Part shown: in pieces, positions 13,711 to 24,471 of the stretch | How positions within the stretch are numbered: position 1 is the first letter of the stretch | How the letters are laid out: every line of letters begins with the position of its first letter | Assembly (NCBI GenBank): GCA_002269645.1 | Contig: NIVC01002307.1 | Coordinates: 62,001 to 126,000, forward strand | DNA: 64,000 bases | Source: Macrostomum lignano | Lineage: Eukaryota | Direction of reading: 5' to 3' | Notes under the pieces: model-generated | Databases searched by the model: none | Told to the model about the DNA's origin: nothing | Seen by the model: only the letters and a program-made list of their open reading frames with translations | Translations under genes and position numbers: made by a program

Positions 13711-14656
13711 ATTTGTCAGTTATCACAAGTTCCTCTAGTGACCTAGGTTGCATGGGCAAGTTCTAAGCATACTTGTAGACATTTTGCACCATTTTCTTTA
13801 CTGTCATCTCTCTTGGGATAGAGCTACTCCAGTGCAACTTTTGGTTAGAAACTTTCAGACTAGAAAAGTTCCTGCTCCCCTTCTAGAGTATAGTTTATAC
13901 GTATCAGTTTCTAAACATCTTTTAATATTGTTTAACTATTGTTAATGATTAACAAAGTTTATTAATCCAATATTATCATAGATAACTATCAATGAAATGA
14001 TTAGAATCTATCTAAAATGATAGAAAAGGAAAGCTCAAAATCAACATTTTATTTTATTTTCTAAAGCAACATGTTTTGGTTTGCATTGCACATTATCAAG
14101 CAATTTATTAGCTGAAGTAAAATTGCAAAAATCAAAGTGACACAATTGTGACCTCAAATATATATATATTGAATGATTGGGCAAATAAGACAAGTATTAA
14201 AAAATAAGCATACATTACAAAAACTAGAATAGGGTTTTTTTCAGATGTGCAATAAAAAAGAGAAGGTTTTAGAGAATTGTCACAAAATACATGTATATAG
14301 ATGGTTGAAAGGGTGTTGCTTGCAGAGGAGAGGAGAGGAGAGGAGAGAGGAGAAAAACATGTACATTCCTTAGAGACCCTAAGTAAGTGTCCTGCACCAC
14401 TTTGAATGACGTAGCCCCAGTCAAAGCTTGTCACACTAGTATATAATCTATGGCTATATCTCCCACTCTACAGTTCCCTCAGTTGCATACCATCGTTAAT
14501 ATCCACCACTCTGGCTTTTAATCTTGTACTAATATGCTTGCTCATCTTTGATCTTAAGCACTGAAATACATTCTCTTTGACAGTTTTGCCGATAGAGCTA
14601 ATCTGTTGTTCTGGTCACCACAATAAACAAGTTGAATGTTCAGGCTTAGACTGAGT

Positions 14657-14973
14657 CATACATGCGCAACCTCTAAAATTCGGCCGGCCGTGCGACTTAG
14701 TTTTAACAAAAATGCGACATAGTTTTTTGGCCAAAAATGCGACTTACATGTAAAAAAATCCTAAAGCAAAATTAATGCAACTTACCAACTTAACGCAACT
14801 TACCAAGGGTAAACGGCAGAAGTAGCTATGACTGTCTTATTAAGCCAAAATGCCTCGTCAGCTACTTAGTACTACTACTTGGGTTTTTGGGTGGGCATTT
14901 TTGCGACTTCCTTGGTTGGCCGCCAAATCGGTCAGCCAGATCGGCCGACTCGGCCGACTGTTGCGCATATATG
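14657..14973. mobile_element. hAT-like MITE (317 bp)
   Basis: TIR CATAYATGCGCAAC at both ends; perfect 8-bp TSD GACTGAGT at 14649-14656 and 14974-14981. Confidence 0.85.
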
Positions 14974-15426
14974 GACTGAGTTTCTTTATGTACACAGCAT
15001 CTAAGATACCAAGATTAAAAATCTGCATTTCCCTAATCAATTATGCAAAACAGGTCAATGAAGGGTTCATTATATCAAAACAATCTTTGCACACAAATAA
15101 ATAGTCATTGATTGCCCTATTGCAGCCAAGGTCTAAATCGCACTGGACACACCTCTTTCCTATTGGTTGTATATCTGCCCATTAGGGCAGGTGTAGTCAA
15201 TGAATTATTATCAATAAATTATTTATACACTCAATGAGTAAAATGGACAGGAATGACCTCACGAAAACTTGCAGAAATGTTTTATTTGTGCTTAAAAATA
15301 TTCTAAAATTCTAATAAATAGTGTAATAACAATTTATTCCTGATGGTGTGCATTCCCTGTGTCATCCTGGCAGTGACGCCATTTACTCTTGCATTTTTCC
15401 ACTTTCTCCTGCTGCCTCTGTTTAAG

Positions 15427-15731
15427 AGCAAGGGGAAAGCACCTGACAACAACAACAAGGATGTTGAAAAAGAGAAACCAGAAGATGCTGCCAATGAGAA
15501 GAATTTAGAGAAAGAAAAAGCCATTGAGAATGCACCGCCTGCACCTGTGAGTCTTTTAAAGAATTATTTAAATAATGCGCCAACTGTTTTGTCAATGTTT
15601 GTCAATGTGGCCAGAAATTTACATTGCAGGCTGAAGTTGAAGAGACCTCGCCAGACACCAACGATGCTGCTAATGATGCTGACAATGCTGATACTGCAGT
15701 GGATGACACCACACATGACAAGTCTGAATAA
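15427..15731 (+). CDS. Terminal exons of an unidentified acidic, low-complexity protein; 15427..15546 + 15630..15731
   Basis: AG/GT-bounded exons join in phase 0: SKGKAPD..APPAP | AEVEETSPD..HDKSE*. Upstream exons were not resolved. Confidence 0.5.
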
Positions 15732-16224
15732 CTGGACTCAACTGGCATTGAAACAAACTGAAATTTGACGCATTTTTGTTTTCAGAAAAAAAACTTTTAC
15801 TTTGGGGTTTAGTTGGCTATATTGATTTTTTTAATTAGCATTTTTTTCAAAACAATGTAAATTTTCCCGTATTCAAGTTGCTTTTTTTAGTGCAAGACTT
15901 GACCAGTGAAAAAAATAAATTAAGAAATCTTTGTTTCTACTTTACAATTCTATTTTTACATGAACTGACTTAATAGTTCATTTATTGGTGTCATAATAAA
16001 GTAAATTTGTCTAATAGAAGTGTAATAGAAATACAGATTTTATTTAATTCATTGTAATAAACAGGAACATTAAAATTAATTATTTTCTGCTTCAGCAATT
16101 AGTGCTTAACGAAAGTAAAAACAAGAAATCTACAAGAAGCAGACAAAACGAGGCAGGTAGCCCCTCATCAGAGCTTTCTTCGAGACCCGCCAGCAACTGG
16201 AAACGGCTGAGGCCACTCTGAGCA

Positions 16225-19200
16225 ATGGGTCGCAAGAAGATCAAGATTGTCCGAATCGAGGATGAGAGAAACCGACAGGTAATGGCAGAGTACTTTATTT
16301 AAATATACCTCATTCATTAAATTCCTCGGATTAGCTGTATCTCAGGCTAATAGAGTAGCTTCATTTCATGCTAATAGATTAGCTTCATTTCTATAGATAG
16401 CTTTCATTCGGCTAATAGATTAGCTTCATTTCAGGCTAATAGATTAGCTTCATTTCATGCTAATAGATTAGCTTCATTTCAGGCTAATAGATTAGCTTCA
16501 TTTCATGCTAATAGATTAGCTTCATTTCATGCTAATAGATTAGTTCATTTCAGTGCTAATAGATTAGCTTCATTTCATGCTAATAGATTAGCTTCATTTC
16601 AGTCACACAGGACCAGTTCACACTCACACAGGACCAGTTCACACTCCCACAGCACTAGTTCACACACAGGACCAATTCACACACACAGCACCAGTTCACA
16701 CTCACACGGCACTAGTTTACACTCCCACAGCACCAGTTCACACTCCCACAGCACTAGTTCACACACAGGACCAGTTCACACTCACACAGGACCAGTTCAC
16801 ACACACAGGACCAGTTCACACACACACACACAGGACCAGCTCACACTCACACAGGACCAGTTCTCACACACAGGACCAGTTCACACTCACACAGGACCAG
16901 TTCACACTCACACAGGACCAGTTCACACACAGGACCAGCTCACACACACAGGACCAGTTCACACTCACACAGGACCAGTTCACACTCACACAGGACCAAT
17001 TCACACACACAGGACCAGTTCACACTCAAACAGCACTAGTTCAGACACAGGACCAGTTCACTCACACAGGACCAGTTCACACACACACAGGACCAGTTCA
17101 CACTTACACAGTACTAGTTCACACACAGGACCAGTTCACACACACACACAGGACCAGTTCACACTCACACAGGACCAGTTCACACACACAGGACCAGTTC
17201 ACACTCACACAGGACCAGTTCACACTCACACAGCACTAGTTCAGACACAGGACCAGTTCACTCACACAGGACCAGTTCACACACACAGGACCAGTTCACA
17301 CTCACACAGAACCAGTTCACACACACAGGACCAGTTAACACACACAGGACCAGTTCACGCTCACACAGTCTAATAGAAGTAGCTTCATTTCATGCTAATA
17401 GATTAGCTTCATTTCAGGCTAATAGATTAGCTTAATTTCAGTCTAAAAGATTAGCTTCATTTCAGGCTAAAAGATTAGCTTCATTTCAGGCTAAAAGATT
17501 AGCTTCATTTCAGTCTAATAGATTAGCTTCATTTCAGTCTAATAGATTAGCTTCATTTCATGCTAATAGATTAGCTTCATTTCAGGCTAATAGATTAGCT
17601 TCATTTCAGTCTAATAGATTAGCTTCATTTCAGTCTAATAGATTAGCTTCATTTCAGTCTAAAAGATTAGCTTCATTTCAGGGCTAAAAGATTAGCTTCA
17701 TTTCAGTCTAATAGATTAGCTTCATTTCAGGCTAATAGATTAGCTTGATTTCAGGCTAATAGATTAGCTTCATTTCAGGCTAATAGATTAGCTTCATTTC
17801 ATGCTAAAAGATTAGCTTAATTTCAGTCTAAAAGATTAGCTTCATTTCAGGCTAAAAGATTAGCTTCATTTCAGGCTAATAGATTAGCTTCATTTCAGTC
17901 TAATAGATTAGCTTCATTTCATGCTAATAGATTAGCTTCATTTCAGGCTAATAGATTAGCTTCATTTCAGGCTAATAGATTAGCTTCATTTCAGGCTAAT
18001 AGATTAGCTTCATTTCAGTCTAATAGATTAGCTTCATTTCAGTCTAATAGATTAGCTTCATTTCAGGCTAATAGATTAGCTTCATTTCAGGCTAATAGAT
18101 TAGCTTCATTTCAGGCTAATAGATTAGCTTCATTTCAGTCTAATAGATTAGCTTCATTTCATGCTAATAGATTAGCTTAATTTTAGTCTAATAGATTAGC
18201 TTCATTGCATGCTAATAGATTAGCTTCATTTCAGGCTAATAGATTAGCTTAATTTCAGGCTAATAGATTAGCTTCATTTCAGGCTAATAGATTAGCTTCA
18301 TTTCAGGCTAATAGACTAGCTTCATTTCATGCTAATAGATTAGCTTCATTTCAGTCTAATAGATTAACTTCATTTCAGGCCAATAGATTAGCTTCATTTC
18401 AGGCTAATAGATTAGCTTCATTTCAGTCTAATAGATTAGCTTCATTTCAGGCTAATAGATTAGCTTCATTTCAGGCTAATAGATTAGCTTCATTTCAGTC
18501 TAATAGATTAGCTTCATTTCAGGCTAATAGACTAGCTTCATTTCAGGCTAATTGAGTAGCTTGATTTCAGGCTAATAGAGTAGCTTCATTTCAGTCTAAT
18601 AGATTAGTTTCATTTCAGGCTAATAGATTAGCTTCATTTCAGGCTAATAGATTAGCAGTCTTCATTTCATGGTTTATTACTCGCGCAAGGCCACTAGCTT
18701 CATTTCAGGCAGGTGACAGGCTTCACTTCAAAGCGCAGTTCATTTCAGGCTGATGAAGAAGCATTTCACGAACTGTCAGTACATGGCGACCGAAATCGCC
18801 CTAATTATTTTCAACACTCACAATCGGCTACCAGCTTCGCCTAGCACTGAGGACAAGGCTACAGGCTCCAAGTATTCACAGTACCAGCACTGATATGGAG
18901 TGCAACAACCGAGGAGCCACACGACTGCTCGACATTGTACACACAGGACCATTCACACCAGACCAGTTCACACTCGCACAGGACCAGTTTACACACACAA
19001 GACCAGTTCACACACAGGACCAGTTCATACACACAGGACCAGTTCACACTCACACAGGACCAGTTCACACACACAGGACCAGTTCACACTCACACAGGAC
19101 CAGTTCACACACACAGGACCAGTTCACACTCACACAGGACCAGTTCACACACACAGGACCAGTTTACACCCATTAGATTGTCATCCGCCTACCCTGCCCA

Positions 19201-20258
19201 CTGTTTAGTATCTCAGCAAGAAGGACGGCAAGCACCCCTCTGGCCCCGACGATCCCGAAGGCGACAGCATGACGGACAGTCTGACCGCCGGCTCCGCCTC
19301 CGGTGCCACCGCTGCCACCGGCCACCAGGTGGCTCTGGCGGCCGACTTCGCCGGCAGTTCCACTCCGTCCTCCGCGGCTGGAGCCGCTTCCACTGGAATT
19401 ATTCAGCGTGTAGGCGGCGGAACCGGAAACAGCATCGGCGGCTTCTCCCTGGCAACAACAGTACAGTCGCACTTTAACAGCATCAACTCTTCGAATCTTC
19501 TGTCCCCTTCAACTGGCATTGTGGCTATACAGTCAAGTAGCCCGGCTAGAAGTCCGGCTGGAGCTGCTGGCAGCCTAGTCCAACAGTCCAGGTCAGGGCA
19601 GCAGCAGCAGCAGCAGTTGCGGACAGCGTCGGGACTCAGCGTCATGATCCCCAGAACCGGACAGCAGCAGCAGCAGCAGCAGCAGCCGTCTCTCATTGAC
19701 GCATCCGGAGCTCTGCAGACTCCGTCCGTCTCGGCGCTTCTACCAGCCAGCGCAGCGGCGGAATTCAACGCCTTCAGCTCCTACGGCGGCGGCGCTGGCG
19801 GCGCGGCGACAAGCGTCGGCCCATTGACTGCGGCAATTGAATCCGTCCTAGTGAAGCCGGAGCAGCAGATTCAGCAGCAGCAGCAGCAGCAACAGCAAGC
19901 TGGCAGCACCGTGTCGCTTTACCACACGCCTGGCGGCAATGCATTCACCCTGCAGCCAATGCAAGACGTCAATAGCATGGTTGTGCCAATCGCCGTATCT
20001 ATTGGCGGAGTTGGCGTCGCTACGTCTAATGTCGGCGCTAATGCCGGTTTAAACCAGCAGGTTATTGTGACTTCGTCAGCGTCCGCTGTCGGGTTGAATC
20101 CAGCAGCTGCAGGCGGTGGCAGCGCCGCTGGGGCCGACGCGCCAGCAGCTGGCGGTAGCGCTGGCGCCACCAACGCCGAAGGAGGAAGTGGCGCCGGGGA
20201 ACCGGACGCCAAACGACGAAGGCAGCAGGACTGGCCGGGTCAGACCGTTAGCGCTTAG
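16225..20258 (+). CDS. MEF2: MEF2 MADS-box transcription factor; exon 1 16225..16278, scrambled exon 2 ~18713..18918, exon 3 19209..20258
   Basis: Exon 1 reads MGRKKIKIVRIEDERNRQ|gt. Exon 2 remnants: LMKK, ELSV, EIALIIFNTHNRL, STDM. Exon 3 reads YLSKKDGK... with LSVMIP and a C-terminal NLS-like KRRRQQDW. Exon 2 is not open as written. Confidence 0.88.
16335..18710 (+). repeat. 24-bp minisatellite GCTAATAGATTAGCTTCATTTCAG in MEF2 intron 1
   Basis: Two blocks, ~16335-16601 and ~17368-18710, with period 24 (tttcag at 17941, 17965, 17989). The unit contains the palindrome GCTAAT-AG-ATTAGC. Confidence 0.97.
16602..17367 (+). repeat. CA-rich minisatellite (ACACAGGACCAGTTCACACTC, ~19-25 bp) nested in the 24-bp array
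   Basis: Dozens of direct copies; the same unit recurs at 18919-19170. Confidence 0.95.
18919..19170 (+). repeat. CA-rich minisatellite in MEF2 intron 2
   Basis: Same ACACAGGACCAGTTC unit as 16602-17367. Confidence 0.95.
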
Positions 20259-21330
20259 TACATTGTGTACTATTAGACCTAACTACTTAAGCTGCGTGGG
20301 GTGAATGCTATTATTAATGTTAGTACATCATGTACATTATAAAAAGGTTGCCAGGGAGAGGCAGAATGCGAGTGAACTTTAAAACAGCAATACAGGTGGA
20401 TTAGATTAAGCTATACAGTTAAAGGTCGTGAAAGTTGTTCTCGGTCATTCGAGCATTCAAAGTTTTTTTAGACTCGGTTGGCATCGAAGTGTTTGTTTTT
20501 TAGTTTGCTTTCGTTTTTTGCGTTTTTAAATAAAACTGTATTTAGAAAAATGCAACACGAACTCTTGCTTATTAAGAACGTTTCTCAATTCTCTGACTTG
20601 GAATTCACCGTGACAGATGCGCGCTGTTCTGCGGTTTTCAGTTGCTTTAAATTGGTTTGCCGTCTGCTTCTAGGCTAGGGTTAATTTGGTAAATGTGATT
20701 ATTCTAGATCAGAATTATTGTTATTTATAGTTTTTGCCTATTATTCAGCCAAGCTAGTGGATTGCTGCCTCTCAGTTTGCAACAATGCGCATATCCTTAT
20801 ATAAATATGAGTATAATATTATAATATAAATATATACTGAACTGTTGTTGTTTACACCGTAGAGATTGTACTATTGATTTCTATTTGACTATGGCTTATT
20901 AACAGTTTCTATGCAAATCATTTTTCTCCCCCTCCCACCCCTGTTTATTGTTGCAGATCTAAATATTTGCTTTTGGCTTCACAGTTTGCTTCTGCTGTTT
21001 CTTTTCTGTTGTCGCAAAAACTTTTGGTTATACTATGCGTTTCTGGCTACTTTAAGTAGCAGTCTAAGCTGGCTAGTTAGTCTGTTAGTCAGCGGGTTAA
21101 ATGCCTGTTTTCGGGGTCGCTAATTGAATCAGTGTGGACAGTTTGGCAAATTGCCAAGAGAGCTTTGAAGCCCCATAGTTAGTAGCCTTATTAGGCCGTG
21201 CATAAGTCTGTAAAATTAATGTCAAATCTCTTGTGATTTTATTTTCATTGCTTTATTGTTGCTTTCAAATTTAAGTTGAATTTCTGCTGTTACGCTTCTT
21301 TCGTGTTATACTACTCGTAATACGAGGCTA

Positions 21331-21927
21331 GGGGTGTCCGGAAAGTTCTGACAGTTTTGATCCCAGAGCACAGCTTTGGTGTCATTTTAAAGCCGTTCAT
21401 CGAAACCAGTCGATACGTGGACTGCCTGCTGTGCGACGCTGAGGCGCCCGACACCAACGGAGCGGACTTCGCTTCTTTCCAATGAATTCTGTCGCGTGTA
21501 TTTTGGTCATTTCATTAAACAGTTGTGTGAAGAACCACTCCGTCACTTGTAAGCAAATCTCACTGTTTAGCACCTTGCAAGATTTTGCTTAGTGAAGTGT
21601 TTTGATTTTTGTGATTATTGACACCATCATAAGTGTGCAATTGGAAGAAGGCCGAAGGCACTTACTTGAAGGCATGTTGAGAAGGCTGCCTTGAAGCTTG
21701 ATGATGATGATGATGATAAATGACTAAAATTTGTTTCTTTGAGGGCAAAATACATGTATCGCTTTTTATTTTTTTAAACTGTAAGACAGTTTTTTTACGC
21801 AGAACTTCTGAATGAAATAACCATAATACACGCGACTGAATTCATTGCAAAGAAGAGATGTGCCGCTTTAAAATGACACCAAAGTTGTGCTCTGGGATTG
21901 GAAGTGTCGGAACTTTCCAGACACCCC
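21331..21927. mobile_element. Tc1/mariner-like non-autonomous element with long TIRs
   Basis: TIR GGGGTGTCYGGAAAGTTCYGAC..ATCCCAGAGCACARCTTTGGTGTCATTTTAAAG, plus an internal inverted match (aatacacgcgac.gaattcattg.aaagaag). TA flanks at 21329-30 and 21928-29. Confidence 0.8.
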
Positions 21928-22689
21928 TAGTATATTCTCGTCTAACCTGCATCCTATCCTCTGTGTGCACATTTCATTCTCAAATGGCCAGTGTGATACC
22001 TACATGTATAGCCGCGTATGTTAGTAGGCTAATATGCATGTAAATGTTAACAGAATGCCGCTTATAGTTAGTATACTGCTGCTATTAAACTGCACCGCTA
22101 GCCCCCCCCCCCTCCCCCCGATTCTCTGCACATTTATTAAAGGCAGCCGTTTGTCTTTGTTTTTAATCGATCCGATTATACCATAGTTTGTGTGCTGGGG
22201 AAGGCTCTGGTATCGCCAGATTCTCTCTGTGTGTCTGCATCAGTTGCTGTGCTCTGTAATTTATTTGCTGTTTTTTTAATCTTTTGTTTGTCAACTGAAG
22301 CTTACACCAGCCAACAACAATCCTACTGGCTCAAGTTAATGACAATAACCCTGCTTATGCTACCCTATTAACTACTACAAAGCCGGCCTAAGTAGTAAAG
22401 AATGAAAGATTGTCTTTGTTTGACACATCTGTATACTACATGACAATATAAAATTATTTGCGTCATAATAGTTTCTGTTACACATGCTGTGTGTATTCAT
22501 AGGCTGCGTTATTAAGTATATTATAATTGAAAAATATCAGCTTGACAACTCCGTCTTTATCTGCTTCATTTTTTGTCAAAAAATAACGATCAGATGGGTC
22601 CATGAAAACGTTGATAACTTCAAAAGGTATGAAAAGGGCCAGAGTTAGTTGAGGCCAGACTGGTGACTTTCCCGTTGAAAACGATACCC

Positions 22690-24100
22690 GTGACAAGTCA
22701 GAGTCATTGCAAACAGCTCACTTGTGACTCTAGCGACTCTTTAACGACTCAAACAATCGTAATGCGGCGGTGAGGCAACTGTAGAGTCACGCGCATCACG
22801 TGAGTTGCAGAAGAGTCGCGAAAGATACACTCAGATACGCCTCAGATACACTCTACGGCGCCAGTCATTAAACTGGTTTCGTTTCGACAATAAAATGCCT
22901 CAAATTGATTCTTAGGCGACTTGTACCGTGACATCTCTTCGTTTTAGAGTCATTTCTTTCCTATTTTATCTGTTACCTGCAACGATACTGTGGCGACACA
23001 AGTGACTGGGACGCTTCTTGGCCAAGATACCGTTTCGTAGGGTTTTTACTTTTTGTAGTGTATCGGTTTGTACGAGCGTACTTTGATGATTGATGGAAAG
23101 TTTGGAAGGCCACGTTTGGCTGTGTCTTTAGCATCGTCCATGGCGGAACTTCTGCTGGCTAATAAAAACTTCCTCTCTTCCCCAACTTACACTTGGAGCA
23201 CACAAACTGTCATTGACAGATGAAAAATTTCGAACTCAGCAGGCAGACGTTGCCTTGCTCAAGCGAGCAGCACGTCGATTTTTAAAAACGTCTTTTGCTT
23301 GCTTCTTCTGCCTCTGTTATCAGTTTTTCTCTGGGGAAGCTCCTTCGTGGAGCAATGGGTAATGATGGCGATGAAAGCGGTACCTAGGCCCAGAAGCGTC
23401 TCAGAACAAAAAAATAGGAAAGAAGTGACTCTTAGAATTTGAGGCATTTTCTGCGACTCTGGGGCCGTAGTGTCGTATCTGAGGTTTTGCTTGAGTCACT
23501 GAGTTGCGTCCAAAGCGCATTTGCGTCACTTTATGAATTAGAATCGCATTCATAACAACTTTTCTTGAGTAATAATAAATTAATAATTGATTACACCTGC
23601 CCAATGGGCAGATGTGCAACCGACAGCTCAGCCGCAGCTATTGCGCGGCGCATCTGAAGGCTGCGTACGGCTGTTCAGTCCAAGGACTGGGGGGTCGCCA
23701 CACACACACCCTCAATTACCCCAGCTAATGCTGGCACCCATTTTACAGCTGGGTGAACTGAAGCAACGCAGAGTTAAGTGTCTTGCTCAAGGACACAAAT
23801 TGTTGCAGAGGGATCGGGAATCGAACCCCCGACCTTCAAGTCGTGAGTCCGACGCCCTAACCACTAGGCTACAACCCCCTCTCATGTTCTTGAGTTATTG
23901 TAGTAAAAATTTAGGCGTCAATACCCCTCTTGGACGAATTTTCTCGCGACTCTTACGATTCTAAAACTCACGTGACGCGCTCGTGACTCAACAGTTGCCT
24001 TTCCGTTACAATAAAGTCGTTTGAGTCGGAAAAAGTCACAAGAGTCCCCCCCCCCCAGAGTTGATACGCTCGTAGAGTCACTGAGTGACGTGTTTGCGAT
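22690..24100. mobile_element. Foldback-like element with long imperfect GAGTC/GACTC-rich inverted arms, interrupted by a SINE
   Basis: 22773-22822 is the inverted match of 23942-24000; 22835-22865 of 23455-23480; 22892-22906 of 23436-23450 (15/15). The order is collinear for inverted arms. Confidence 0.65.
23570..23880 (-). mobile_element. tRNA-derived CORE-like SINE (family A), copy 1
   Basis: Minus strand has A-box TAGCCTAGTGG, B-box GGTTCGATTCC, a CORE-like GTGTCCTTGAGCAAGACACTTAAC..CAGCTGTAAAATGGG and a (TTA)n tail. A close copy lies at 50993-51272. Confidence 0.9.
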
Positions 24101-24471
24101 GGCACTTTTAGCGATTATTGGCACGGTAACGTTGCCTTAACGCGCATCCTGAATGCGCATCAGCTCGCATTCTCTTTGAAAGCCTCCGGAAATTGGCCTG
24201 CATTGCGAAGCGCGAGAAAAAAACAAAGAAATTTTTTTTAAAGGAATCTTATGAACCCAAACTTTATAAGGATTAACAAAATTGGATTAAGTTGGCTTAT
24301 TTATTTATAATATATAACTAATATTATTTAATTGCGATTGTGGATAGGTGTAAAAAATGCGATTTTTTTCAAATTAGAGAAATGCCACTAAATTAGTTAT
24401 TAATAAACAGTACAGCATAAATGATAAACTTGTCAGCTGGCCGAATAAGGAAGGCTGCATGCTTGCTGGCC

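Noticed and set aside
16335-18710. 24-mer as an autoregulatory MEF2-site array
   Set aside because: CTAATAGATTAG does not fit CTA(A/T)4TAG.
23810-23880. tRNA gene (also 51205-51272 and 46575-46635)
   Set aside because: These are SINE heads with poor acceptor-stem pairing, followed by SINE body and tail.
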